From Ginglymostoma cirratum (taxonomy: Eukaryota), in NCBI GenBank assembly GCA_024137785.1, contig JAHRHZ010000032.1, forward strand, positions 4,713,674-4,777,673: a stretch of DNA of 64,000 nucleotides, in the 5' to 3' direction. Positions within the stretch are counted from its first letter, which is position 1. Each line of letters starts with the position of its first letter. Below, piece after piece: positions 38,836-52,365 of this stretch. The notes below the pieces were generated by a model. The model saw only the letters and a program-made list of their open reading frames with translations. It had not been told where the DNA came from and searched no databases. The position numbers and the translations under genes were made by a program.

Positions 38836-41800
38836 CTTAAAACAAAATGTCAAAAATATACTTCGGAGCTTGCCAATGAAAATTGCCTGGAAGGTTCAAA
38901 GTAACTAGGTGAGGAAGAAACAGTTCACATGAACTCTTCTGCTCTCCAGCTTGTAACTATCCCTCACTCCTCAGTTTGTTTATTTCTCAATTTTGCCCTC
39001 TCTCAGGAATGAAGGGCTCATCATATGAAGAGCACTGAGGGCTGTGAATATGTACACAGTGGAGTTTAGAAGGATGAGGAGGAATCTCATTGAAACTTAT
39101 AGAATATAGAAAGGGTTGGATAAAGTGAACATGGGGAAGATGTTTCCATTAGTAGGAGAGACTAGGACCCGAGGGCACAACCTCAGAGTGAAGGGATGAT
39201 CTTGAGAAGTGAGATGAGGAGGAATTTCTTCAGCCAGAAGGAGGTGAATCTTTGGAACTCATTGCCATAGAAGACTGTGGAGATGAAGTTATTGAGTATC
39301 TTTAAGAGAAAGGTAGGTAGGTTGTTGATTGGTAAGGGGATCAAAGATTAGGGGGAGAAGGCAGAAGAATGGGTTTGAGAAATATATCAGTCATTTTTGA
39401 ATAGCGGAACAGCCTTAATAGACTGAATGATCTAGTTCAGCTCCTATATCTTATAATTTTATGGTCTCTTTCTTTTCAGTCTCTGTTTCTTTCTCTTCCT
39501 TGCCTAGTTACTCTCTCAGGACACCTGCAGGTTCCAGGCAATTTTCCTGTGAAGATTCTTCAACTTAATGGCTTTATATGTGAAGAATTTTTCTTTGGAA
39601 GTAGTGAAGGTAGAGGTTGTACTTCATCACATGCTCTCAAATGGACTGTTTTTCTGCAATATTTGCATGATACTTCACAACTTTGGGCACCATAGCACTG
39701 GATTTATGGTTTATGGATTTGCACTTGCTCTTCCATGTATACTTGCTTTTCTGATGTTTCTTTTATAATCCTGTAGTTAAGAACTGCATGGTCACTGGAG
39801 GTTTCCTGAGCCAAGGTTGCTTGTTACTACCTAGCATTGCTCTGTTATATTTATAGATGGCTGTTCATCTTATCAGCTGTGTTGCTTTTTCTATGGTGAT
39901 GTCTATCCTCAGATTGCAAAAAGCTTGACAGGTATTCATCAATAATATCAACAGCAATGCAGCCTCAGATTAATTCTAGTTATCGATCTCCACTTTTGAA
40001 TCATTCAGCTGGGCTGTATAGGTCTTTAATAAAAGTAGTTACTGGTTCACATAGTTTCTGGACCCTGTGTTGAATTTGTCCTTTTCCAGGATGCTGTTGC
40101 TCCTGAGATTGAAAGAGTCACTGAAGCCTTTTAAGACTTCAGCAGATTTATGCCTTGTCTTGTAACAAGTCTGCTATTGTTCCTATGGATCAATGTGTTG
40201 ACATGTTCAGCTTCAGCCTTACTGTCCAATCCTTAAGAATCTTTTTCCTCCGAAGTGCCAGTTTTGAGTTTAATTTGGCCCTGCCAAAGCTGTTGAAAAC
40301 TGTTTTACATTAAGTTATTTCAATAGCCTCTTTACTTCCTCTCCCTGGAGTATTGAATATTTGCAGCCACTCTTTAGTTTTTCTTGTTGTGTTACCTTGC
40401 TGTCACCGTGTTTAGTGGTGATGACTTCAGACCCAGAGAGCAGGATATTAAACATAAGCTGCCCTTACTAGGGATCTGATTTTTCCAAACTATGTTCCCT
40501 GTAATTCTTACTTCCATTATGAAGATCTCCAAGGTCAGTGCACAGCACTGGTTACCAGAACCAGACCTCAAAGTCCCAGCATGTCAATTGGCATGCATGG
40601 AACCTTCAAATGACTTCTACATGATAACTTAGGGGGGTCTATTGTTCCCACAGGTGTCTGCCTAATGCACAATTTTAATTGATCTTTTACTGTTTTTTAA
40701 AAGTTGCTCACCAGATCCATGATCTTTGTTTGGTTCTCTTACTCGAAGCCTGCAACTAAAGGATTGGGATTTTCTTCACAGGCTGCTATGATTCTCTGTG
40801 CAGCCTTCAAAAACTATTTCTGACTCTCCAATTTGACTATGGAGCTGCTTTGGGAGTTCATCAACTGTTGTTCTTCTGCTGTTTTGGCATCGCAGTTTCA
40901 GCGCTCTGTAGTCCATCACTGCTGCCCCCATGTCATTTAGGAAAAAGTGGTGGGGTAATGGGTAATGTCACTGGACTTGTAATACCGAACCCAAGGTTAA
41001 TGTCCTGGGGATATGTGTTAGAATCCCACCACAGCAGATGTTCAAAATTTGAGTTCAATAAAAAGTTAGACTAATAGTGACAATGTAACCATTGTAAATT
41101 GTCATAAGCACTCATTCAGTTCACTAATCCCTTTAGGAAGGAAACCTGCCATTCCCCTCTAGTCTAGATGCGACTACAAACTTACAGCAATGTAGTTGAT
41201 TTGGTCCTAGCCATCGATGCAGACATCTCATGAAGAAATAGATGTTGATTAGTTTTGGAATGATTACCTAATTGCCGGTATTTTCAAATAACAGCTGATT
41301 AATTACATACTGCTGAATTATAACTCCGTACGGTGAGGTCCTACATTGTTGAAACCATGATCATTCTCCCAATATTTCTGAGTCATATGCCATCTTACGT
41401 AATTATGTCGCAGTCATTAACATTTACAAACCCAGATACAACAGAATTCGTGGCAAAAACATGCTGAATGATAGGGAGATAGGATGCCTCAGGAGATGTG
41501 ACTTTAATTGGAACAATCTGTACTATGAAGAAACCAATTAGAAATAAACAGAAAATACAAACAAAATATAAGAGTTTTGCTATTGTTCCAGTTCCTTCTT
41601 GTAGAGACAGTGCAGAACTTCCTGAACAGAAAATAGAGAAGCAAATGATGTGATTGTTATTTCAAATATCGCAAAGCATTTAAAAATTATTAAATGTTAT
41701 TTAAAAATTATTTAAAATTATTATAGCACCATCCATAGACATAACATGTTACAGGCACGTTAAAAATGCTTCATTGACTGAAATGCCATATAATGGTCTG

Positions 41801-42509
41801 AAGTTGTTAAGGGCATTGTATGAAAATATTTTGTTTATAGATCCAATTCTGTGAACTATTTCAGGGCAAATGCAGGAAGGATGTTCTGAATGACCAGGGA
41901 GTCCAGAACGAAGGGTCACAGTTTAAGGATACAAGGTAGGGCATTTAGGACAGAGATGAGGAGAAATTCCTTCACCCAGAGGGGGTGAGTATGTGTAATC
42001 TGTACCACAGAATCAGTTGAGGTTAAAAGATTGAATGTCTTCAAGAAGAAGTTAGATGTAGTTCTTAGGATGAAAGGGCAATCGGCGAAAGTGGAAAAAG
42101 GGTACTGATTAATCGTGATCATATTGACTGCTAGAGCAGGCTGAATGGCCTACTCCTGCTCCTATTTTCTCTGTGCCTATGTTTCTATTTCCCATTTTAA
42201 TGCATAACTAGTCAGTGTCTGGTGATTTTGCACTTAGGATGTCAAGATCTATGGTCTATTCAGATCGATCAATTTACAGGCAGGAATAATTGAATTAGAG
42301 CAAGAAACACAACAAAAAGTGCAGCTAGTTGGTTGATTTGCAATACTGAATGATACCAACAATAGGGGTACCATTCCCACACCAGTTGAGCTTAACATAA
42401 AGGACCTGCCTTCACAACCTCACCCCTTGCCTGACCTGTGGTGACCTTCAGGTTAAACCACAACCACTCATCCAACTCTAATGCGAGAGCAGTCCTATGG
42501 AATGATGGT

Positions 42510-43985
42510 TACTGTACTCGACAATAGGGTTTTGATAAAACTGCACCTGGAGTACCATGCACAAGGGATCACAAAAGATCGTAGACCAGTTGAAAACGTA
42601 CTTTTGTTTTGTCTTCACAAAGGACACAAATAATATGTCAAAAATGTTGGGGAAAACAGGATCTAGTGGGAGGGAGGAACTGAAGGAAATCAGTATTAGT
42701 AGGGAAATAATGTTGGAGAAATTGACAGGATCATAAATCCCAGGGCTGACCAATCTACATCCCATAGTAATTAAGGAAGTGGTTGAAAAATAATGGATAC
42801 ATTGGTGGTCATCTTTCAAACTTCTACAGGCTCTGGAACAGTTCCCATGGTTTGGAGGGTAGCTAATGTAAACCCATTATTAAAAAAAAAAGCTAGAGAC
42901 AAAACGGAATTATAGGCTGGTTAGCTTGAAATCTGTAGTGGGGTAAATGTTACAGTCCCTTATTATAGATTAATAGCAGAACACTTTAATAGCAGAGTGA
43001 AAAACAATGATAGGATCAGACAGATTCAGTATGGATTTACAAAATAGGGAAATCATGCTTGACAAATTTACCAGAATTTTTTGAGGATGTAATTAATAGG
43101 GTTGATGAGGGGGTGCCAGTGGGTGTGGTTTACTTGGACTTTCAGAAGGCTTCCAATAATGTAATACATAAGACATTAGCATGTAAAATTAAAGCATGTG
43201 AGATTGGGGATAATGTACTGACATGAATAGAGAGCCAACTGGCGGACAGGGTACAAAGTGTCGGAATAAACAGGCCTTTTTCCAACTGGCAGGCAGTGAC
43301 TAGTGGGATTAGTGTTTAGATTCCAGCTATTCATTAATATATATAAATGATTAGATGAGGGAACTAAATCGAATATCTTCAAGTTTGCAGGCAGCACAAA
43401 GCTGGGTGGGAGAGTGAGCTGTGAGCAGAATCTTCAATATGATTTGACAAGTGACTCGAGGGCAAATGTACACAGAGGTTGTATAATATGGATAAATGTG
43501 AGGCTATCCTCTTTGGTTGTAGAAACAGTAAGGCAGATTACTATCTGAATGGTGATAGATTACAAAAGGGGGAGTTGCAGCGAGATTGGGGTGTCCTGTA
43601 GAATAGTCACTGAAAATAAATATGGAGGTGCAGCAGGCAGTGAAGAAGGAAAATGTTATGTTAGTCTTCATAGCAAGAAGATTTGAGTAGAGGAGCAAGG
43701 ACGTCTTCCTGCAATTTTACAGAGCCTTGGACTGAGGAGAAATGTCTTGCATGAGAAAGTAGTGAACCTGTGGAATGCTCTGCCACAGAAAGCAGTTGAG
43801 GTCAAGCCATTGAATGTTTTAAAGAAGTAGATAGACACAATTCATGGGGCTAAAGGGATCAAAAAGTATGAAGACATATAAGGAACAGGGTACTGTGTTG
43901 GATGATCAGCCATGAGTATATTGAATAGTGCAGCATGCTCAAAGGGCTGAAATGACCTAGCCCTGCTCCTATTTTTGATGTTTCT
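42510..43985 (+). mobile_element. Decayed CR1 LINE (RT region and 3' end)
   Basis: Degenerate KSCLTNL, YLDFQKA and KFA motifs; CR1-type 3' UTR. Confidence 0.8.
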
Positions 43986-45280
43986 TCGTGTCCTTGTCTA
44001 ATCAAGGATGTTAGTTACTCTGGAGATGTTGCATAGTACATTTACTAAACTGATCTCTGAATAAAAAAGTTGTCCTGAGGAAGTTGGCCAATATCCTCTA
44101 GAGTTTAGAAAATATGTGCTCTCATTGAAGTATTTAAAAACCTTAGAGGGCTGGACAGGGTGAAATTAGAGAAGTTCTTTCCACTGCCTACAGAGGCTAT
44201 GACTAATGGTCATAATTTCAGGATAAGACAATGGCTATTTAAGATTGAGGTTTTGAAAGATCATGTAGTTGAAATGTTTTTGAATTCCAGAGGACTATGG
44301 ATGCTTAGTCAATTAGTCTGTTTAAGATCAAGATCAATAGACTTGAACCTCAACAGACTTGAAACACAAGCATTACCAAAGGACTTAACTGAGAAATGTG
44401 ATAGTAGACTGGAAAGTGATGTTAAGGTACAAATTCAGTCTTGTATAGAATGGCAGTATGGGTTTGATGGGCTTGGGGCCTGCTGTGTTTTTATTTCTTA
44501 TATTCTTACTTAGGAGGAAGAAGGGAATATGTATTGCTTAGATTGGAGGTCATTTCCAGGTATTGAAAGTTATTGCTGGGGATTCAGTGGGGATGGGAGT
44601 ACTGGAAAGGGTGCTCAGTGGAGGCAGAAGAGATTTTCTTCCAACTAAACTACTCAGTGGAGGCCAAATTCTGTGTCCTACAGATTAAACAGGCACAAGA
44701 ACTCAGTTTACAAGCACCATCCCAACTACTAGTCATTTTTCCTGGAGATCGGAGGGGTTAGCAGTATGCATTGCTAATGGATTATGTGATTACATGTCTC
44801 ATTAAGCCTGATTATGTTGTGGCACAGAGGTCGTGTCCCTACTCCTGGAGCTGGAGGCCTGGGTTTAAGTCCCACCTACTCCAGAGATGTGTAATAACAT
44901 TTCTGAACAGGCTGGTTAGAGAAATAAGTTAAGCCTGATTGTCAGAGACCAACTGGAATTCACCAGCCTTTAAATATTCAATTAAAGGAAATTGTGAATC
45001 ATACGTAACAATGTCAGACAGAGCAGTCTGGTCCCATAGAGAAAGTTACAAGGTTTAAGAAAGTGACAGAGAGATCGATCTGGATCTTGTCAAAGAAAGA
45101 TGACCCTCATCCTTAGCAGAACTAGATAGTAGAGGAAATGAAATGAAGAAGAAAAGGAGTATAGGGTTAAATATCACAGCGTGTCAGAGAATAAAGAGAG
45201 TCTGTTTCTATCTTTTCCTCAAATTAAAATCAAGTTAGCATGAACAAGTGAAATCCACTGACCACACAACGTATACATAC

Positions 45281-45391
45281 CTTTGTTTCGTGTTTAGTAG
45301 AATTTCGCAATGAGGATGAAGTAACATATGAGCAGAATGAATAAAATATAGCGGACGTTTGACAGGACAGTGCCCAAAGTGATCTTGGTTT
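45281..45391 (-). CDS. Transmembrane exon of the VJ receptor, Arg in the TM, in-frame TAA at 45294-45296
   Basis: Acceptor gtgttgcag, donor gtatgt; 111 nt, phase 1-1. Reads (E/K)TKITLGTVLSNVRYILFILLICYFILIAKFY*TRNK. Confidence 0.7.
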
Positions 45392-45533
45392 CTGCAACAC
45401 AATCATACTGAATAAAATATAATCCTTCAATTGTGAGAAAACTATGATTTTTATCACAAAGTGAAATCTAAAATCATTGATAAGTGAGGGAAATCAGCAG
45501 CCAATCTTAAAAGATGGTGCTGTAGGAACAGAT

Positions 45534-45809
45534 AACATGGTGTGGAGCTGGAGGAACACAGCAGGCCAGCATCAGAAGAGCAGGAAAGTTGACGTTTCGG
45601 TTTAGGACCCTTCTTCAGAAAGATCACCCTCATCCTGCGCAGAACTAAATAGTAGAGGAAATTTAATGAAGAAGAATAGGGTGTCTGAAGAAGGGTCCCA
45701 ACCTAAAATTCAACTTTTCTGCTCCTCTGATGCTGCCTGGCCTGCTGTGTTCCTCCAGCTCCACACTGTGTTATCTCTGACTGTAGCATCTGCAGTTCTT
45801 GCTAACCCC
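45534..45809. mobile_element. PLE terminal-repeat hairpin with captured local DNA as its loop
   Basis: Inverted arms around 45617-45684; degenerate TSD gctgtaggaacagat / gctataggaagagat. Confidence 0.8.
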
Positions 45810-46517
45810 GCTATAGGAAGAGATTTCTTCAGATCTCTGTTTTAATAAAATCTATTCTATGGAACAGACAAATGAAGGCTGACTCTCCCTCCTCCTGCTC
45901 CTGCTCCTGGCAGAGGATTTTGTCCCAGCTCCTGCCAAAGCCCCAGCCTCTGCCTGCCTCCTCAGCCTCCCCCTCAATGGCACATGTGGTTTAGATGCCG
46001 TTATTGCATACTGTATGTACAGTAATGACTGCATTGGTGCATGCAGCGACATTTCTTGCAGACTGCCCTGTTGCAGGCAGCTGGCATCTGAGGTCACATC
46101 TGCAGTGTGCAGCAGCCATTTAGTGATGTAGGTAATCATTCTGTCGAAAGACTTTAGAGCTTTTAGTAGCTAATTCAAGTTGCAAGAACCAGTTCAATAA
46201 AAATTGGAAGGGAATTAAAGGCCCATCTTTGTACTTTATTTATTTTTACTAGGCATAATATTTCATTTGGAAAGTATAAAAGAAAATAGTCCTTCAGGTG
46301 TTGCTGACAATTTTAGCACAATTTCCAAGTTGTGCGTAGTCATCTAGTGAGGGCTCAGTGCTGTCAGTTCCTTCCCTTTCCAAATATGCAAGTTCTTCTT
46401 TGTCCCATCCCATCTCTATTATTTCTGCCCACCACTACTTATAATGAGACATAATTAAAATATAAAGAGGCAATTCTAATGGGGAAATGAAAAATAGCAG
46501 CAATATAATGCACCTAC

Positions 46518-46547
46518 TTTCATAGGGGTCATATTTGTGAAACAGAT
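46518..46547 (-). CDS. Candidate stalk micro-exon (DLFHKYDPYE) of the VJ receptor
   Basis: TACTAAC branch point, pyrimidine tract, ttttcacag acceptor and gtaggt donor; 30 nt, phase 1-1. Confidence 0.55.
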
Positions 46548-48084
46548 CTGTGAAAATTAAATTTAAGAAAGTTAGTATCAAGAAACAAACTTTCAGCAGT
46601 AAGTATTTCAGAAGTGTGATAATTTTTGGCACTCCATTGTTATTATAATCACAAATAAATAAAGAGAAACATGATCTGTTAAAGTTTCATCTAAAAAAGT
46701 GATCTATCTCTCAGCAGATACTCAGAATGAGACCAAAGTATAGTTTTCTCCGGAATGACAGTGTTGCTTTTGCCAAGTTTTGTGACATTCACATCAAACC
46801 CTAGAAATTGATATAAGGAATAAATTTGAGGTAGCAAACAAGATCTTCATAGAGATCTAATGACAAAGTGCAGGGGAGTAGGTTGGTGGAAGCACTGGAA
46901 GGGATGTTCCATGTTTCCAATGTGAAATCACCACTACTTCTAACATGCGCAACTTGAATTTGGGTTCTTAACATAAAGTGTTCAAAGCTGTAGATGATGA
47001 ATAGAAGACATAATCACATCAAAGGAAGCACCTCAAAAGGTACAGAACAAATTCCATAAAAATTATAAATGAGCAGAACAATGGCAAACTAAATTTATCC
47101 AGATACATATCAAGTAACTCATAAAGAAATAAAAGAGAAATTATATGCAAATTCCATGAGATCACTAAGGATAAAGCCAAAACAGTCATAGAAGTCTAAG
47201 TACGGTCATAAAAGTTATAGAATTGTACAGTACGGAAACAGACCCTTCAGTCCAACGCGTCCATGCTGACCAGATATCCTAAATTAATCTAGTCCCATTT
47301 GGCCCATATCCCCCTAAACCTTTCTATTCATGTACCCATCCAGATGCCTTTTAAATATTGTAATTGTACCAGCCTCCACCAGCTCTCTGGCAGTTCATTC
47401 TGCGTGATCGCTGGTTGTTTTTTAATCCCACAACATTTTGTCTTCAATCCCCACCTCCCCTCCTAGGTGTCTGTAATGAATTCTAACAGACTGTAATTGA
47501 TGAGTTTCAATTCTAGGCAGTAAGAAATTGGGAATAATTATTCCTATTACCCGCCATAGACCTCAGGGTGACAAACAGCCGTCACCATGACAACTGCCCC
47601 AGCCCTTCACACTCGGCCACTTCCCCTACCCCACATCATCATTAAAACAATATTTTCCACCATTGAGAAACGTAAGTAAAACTACTGATAGGTGATTCTG
47701 CCTTTGATTTCAAACCCAAGTCAAAAGTCCTTTCTAAATGAAGGCTTTGACTTTGTTTTCTTAAGATACAGTTGCAGCAGCAACGAGCACAGGAAATGAG
47801 TCAGGCACCATCTTGCTGCACTTGACACGTATACTTAACATGTCAACATGCCCAGCCAACGAGGTACAACAGATAATAATTAATTATCAGTATTGACCTA
47901 TACATCCCAAACATTAGAGTATATATTTTTTATTCACTTGTGGGGTGTGGGCATCGCTGGTTGGCCAGCATTTATTGCCCATCCCTAGTTGCCCTTGAGA
48001 AGTTGGTGGTGAGCTGCCTTCTTGAACTGCTGCAGTCTACCTGCTGTGGGTTGACCCACAATGCCATGAAGGAGGGAATGACCT

Positions 48085-51000
48085 TTCAGGGGCTAGCAGC
48101 AGCAGTCAGGTCAGTGGCACTGTGACCGGCTCTGAAGCTCAAATGGAAAGGGTACAGTCAAACAGATTGAAACTGATAGGAGACTGAATTGTGAGGGGGA
48201 CAAACAGGAAATTCTGTTGTTGCAGAAGAGGCACCAGGATAGTGTGTTGCCTCCCAGGTGCCAGTGTCAAGGATGTCTCTGAGCGGTTGCAGAACATTCT
48301 GAAGGGGGAAGGATGAACAGCCAGAGGTCATTGTGCACATCAGTACAAATGACATGAGTAGACAAAGGGATGGGGTCTTGCAAGATGAGTGTAGGGAATT
48401 AGGTAAGAAGTTAAAAAGCAGGACCTTAGGGGTAGTGATCTCCTGATCACTCCCAGTGCCACGTGCCAGAGAGGCTAGAAATAGAAAGATAAGGCAGATG
48501 AATGCGTGGCTGAGGAGTGTAGGGTGTAGGGGGCAGGGTTTTCTCTTCTTGGATCATTAGGATCTTTTCTGGGGTAGAGGTTACCTGTACAAGGGTTGCA
48601 CTTGAACCAGATGGGCTCAAATATCCTTGCATGGAGATTTGCTAGTGTTACCCAGGAGAGTTTAAATTAGTTTGACGGGAGGGTGTGGGACTCTGAATAA
48701 GAGAGAGACCATTGAGAAGTCAGGGGAAAATACATTAGCCATCGAGAGCAAGTTTACTATTCAGGATAGACAGGGGCACAGTGAAGGGAAGGAAAAGACT
48801 TCTGGTTTAAAGTGCATTTATTTCAACACATGAGGTCTGACTGGCAAGGCAGATGAGCTCAGAGCATGGATTGAATCTGGGGACTGGTATATTTTAGCCA
48901 TAACAGATAATATGGCTGAGAGAAGGGCAGAATTGGCAGCTCAATGTTCCAGGATACAGAAGCTACAGACATGACAGGAGTACAAGTAAGTAAAGAGGGG
49001 ATATTGCCCTTTTGATAAGGGAGGACATAACAACAGTGTTTAGAGAGGATATTCTCAAGCGGTTATCAAATGAAGAACTTAGGAACAAGAAGGGGCTGGT
49101 CACTCTGTTGGGATTGTATTATAGACCCCCAAATAGCCAGCGGGTACTAGAGGAGCAGATGTGTAGAGAGATTGCAGATACCTGCAGGAATAATAGAGTA
49201 GTATTGGTTGGAGATTTTAATTTCCCCTGTACTGACTGCGCCACCTAGAGTGTAAAAGGCCCAGAAGGGGTGGAATTTTTCAAATGTATCCAAGAAAGCT
49301 TCCTAAATCAATATGTAGAGGGCCCCCATCGGGAGGGTGCAACACTAGACCTCCTCTTTGGAAACAAGGTCGGGCAAGTGATTGAAGTATCAGTCGGAGA
49401 ACACTTTGGTTCCAGTGACCATAACACTCTTAGTTTTAACACAGTTGTGGAAAAAGTTAGGACCAGTCCATAGGTTAAGGTGCTAAATGAGAGCAGGGCC
49501 AATTTTGGGGCCATTAGGCAGGATCGAGCAGCGATCGACGGGATGAGTCTGTTTGAAGGAAAAGAAACAGCTGGCAAATAAGAGGCTTTTAAAAGTATGA
49601 TATCAAGAGTCCAGGCACAGTATGTTTAGGGATCCCTGGCTGACGAGGGATATTGAGGCTCCGGTCAGGAAAAAGAAGGCTTCCCTTGGGTTTAAGCTAT
49701 CGGGCTCAACTGAATTCCGAGAAGACTCTAAAAAGTGTAGGACCACCCTTAAGAGGGAAATCAGAAGAGCAAAAAGAGGATATGAGATCGATCTGGCCGA
49801 TAAGGTTAAAGATAATCCAAAGGGGGTTTATAGCTATATTCAGAGTAAAAGGGTGGCTAGGGAGAGAATAGGTCCCCTTAAAGATCAGCATGGCCATCAA
49901 TGTGTGGAGCCACAGGAGATGGGGGAGATTTTTAATGAATATTTCTCCTCAGTGTTGACTGAGGAGAGAAACTTGGATGCTAAGGAAATAAGGGAAATAA
50001 GTGGGAGTGTTTTGGTCTGCATACACATACCCAGAGAGGAGGTGTTTGAAGCCTGAAAGAAGGTTAAGGTGGATAAATCCCCTGGGCCTGATCAAGTCCA
50101 TCCTCAGATGTTATGGGAGGCTAGGGAAGAAATTGCAGAGGCCCTTGCAGAGATTTTTGCCTCAGCTTTAGCCACTGGTGAAGTTCCAGAAAACTGGAAG
50201 GTGGCTAATGTTGTTCCATTGTTTAAGAAAGGTAGCAAAGACAAGCCAGGGACCTACAGGCCAGTGAGCCTGACATCAGTGGTAGGCAAGTTATTAGAGA
50301 AGATACTGAGGGACAGGATCAAATATAATTTGAATAGTCAAGGTCTGATTAGGAATAGTCTGCATGGATTTGTGCACGGGAAGTCGTGTCTGACGAATCC
50401 TTTAGAATTTTTCAAAGAAGGAACGAAGAGGATGGATGAAGGTAAGCAGTGGATATTGTCTATATGGACTTTAGTAAGGCCTTTGACAAGGTCCCGAATG
50501 TCAGGCTAGTCATGAAAGTTAGGTCGCATGGGATCCAGGGAGAGCTAGCTAATTGGATTCAAAATTGGCTCGAAGGCAGGAAGCAGAGGGTGATGGTTGA
50601 AGATTGTTTCTCAGACTGGAGGCCTGTGACTAGTGAAGTGCCACAGGGGTCAGTGCTGGGACCTTTGTTATTTGTTATTTACATAAATGATCTGGATGTG
50701 AATGTACAAGACATGATTAGTAAGTTTGCAGATGATACAAAATTAGGAGGTATCGTTGATAGTGAAGAAGGTTATCAAAAATTACAGAGGGATCTTGATC
50801 AGATGGGGAAGTCAGCTGAGGGTTGGCAAATGCAATTCAATACAGGTAAGTGTGAGAAGTTGCACTTTGGAAAGTCAAACTACGGTAGGACTTATACAGT
50901 AAATAGTAAGGTCCTGAGGAGTGTTGTAGAACAGAGGGACCTAGGAGTACAAGTACATAGTTTGGTGAAAGCAGCGTCACAGGTCAACAGTTTAATGAAG

Positions 51001-52365
51001 AAGGCATTTAGCATCCTGGCCTTCATCGGTTGAGGCACTGAGTGTAGGAGTTGGGACATTATGTTATAGGTGTATAAGTCATTGATGAGGCCACACTTGG
51101 AGCATTGTGTACAGTTTTGGTCACCCTGTTATAGGAAAGATATAGTTAAGCTGGAAAGTGTGCAAAGAAGATTTACAAGGATGTTGCCAGGATTAGTAAG
51201 CCTGAGTTATAGGAAGAGGTTGGCCAGGATAGGACTTTATTCCTTGATATGTAGGAGAATGAGGTGTGACCTTCTTGAGGGGTATAAAATCATGAGGGAC
51301 ATAGACAGGATGAATGCATATCGTCTTTTTCCTAGGGAAGGGGAATTGAAAATTAGAGGGTTTAGGTTTAGGGTGAGTAGGGAAAGATTTAAGAAGGACA
51401 TGAGGGGCAACTTCTTCGTGCAGACAGTGTGCGTTTATGGAATGGCCTGCCTGAGAAAGTGGTTGAGGCAAGTACAGTAGCAACATTTTAAAAACATTTG
51501 GATTGGTACATGGATGAGAAGGGTTTAAGACCATAAGACCATAAGACATAGGAGCAGAAATTAGGCCATTCAGCCCATTGCGTCTGCTCTGCCATTCAAT
51601 CATGGCTGATAAGTTCCTCAACCCCATTCTCCTGCTTTCTCTCCATAACCCTTGATCACCTTAATAATCAAGAACCTATCTATCTCAGTCTTCAATGTAC
51701 TCAATGATCTGGCCTCCACAGCCTTCTGTGGCAGTGAATTCCATAGATTCACCACTCTCTACCTGAAGACGTTTCTCCTTATCTCCGTTCTAAAAGGTCT
51801 TCTCTTTACTCTAAGGCTGTATCCTTGAGTCCTAGACTCTCCTACCAATGGAAGCATCTTTCCAACATCCATTTTGTCCAGGCTATTCAGTATTCTGACA
51901 GTTTCAGTTTGATCCCCCCTTCTTCTAAACGCCAATGAGTATAATCTCAGAGTCCTCAAACGTTCCTCATATGTTAAGATTTCCATTTCTCGGACCATTC
52001 TCGTGAACCTCCTCTGAATCTGCTCCAGGGCCATTACATCCTTCCTGAGATATGTGGCCCAAAACTGCACACAATACTCCAAATGTGGCCTGACCAGAGC
52101 CTTATTAAGCCTCAGTAGTACATCCCTGCTTTTTATATTCAAGTCCTTTCAAAATAAATGCCAACATTGCATTTGCCTTCCTGACTACTGACTCAACCTG
52201 CAAGTTTACCTTGAGAGAATCCTGGACTAGGACTCCCAGGTTCTTTGCACTTCAGTGAGGGATATGGACCAAATGCGGGCAATTGGAACTAGTTGAGAGG
52301 GCACCATGGTCAGTATGGACCAGTTTGGGCTGTAGGGCCTGTTTCCATGCTGTATAACTCTATGT
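48085..52365 (+). mobile_element. 5'-truncated CR1 LINE (esterase remnant, APE, RT), 3' end interrupted by a second CR1
   Basis: GDFNFP, KSPGPDQ, YMDFSKAFDKVP, VPQGSVLGPLLF and KFADDTK; the 3' UTR resumes at about 52256. Confidence 0.9.
51530..52253 (-). mobile_element. CR1 3' fragment nested in the 48-52 kb CR1
   Basis: KALVRPHLEYCVQFW..YLRKD; (accataag)n tail at 51530-51550. Confidence 0.85.

Noticed and set aside
46435-46632. ORF with LLKYLLLKVCFLILT resembling a TCR alpha/delta TM
   Set aside because: No in-frame acceptor; it overlaps the branch point and pyrimidine tract of the 46547 acceptor, so the hydrophobicity probably reflects T-rich intron sequence.
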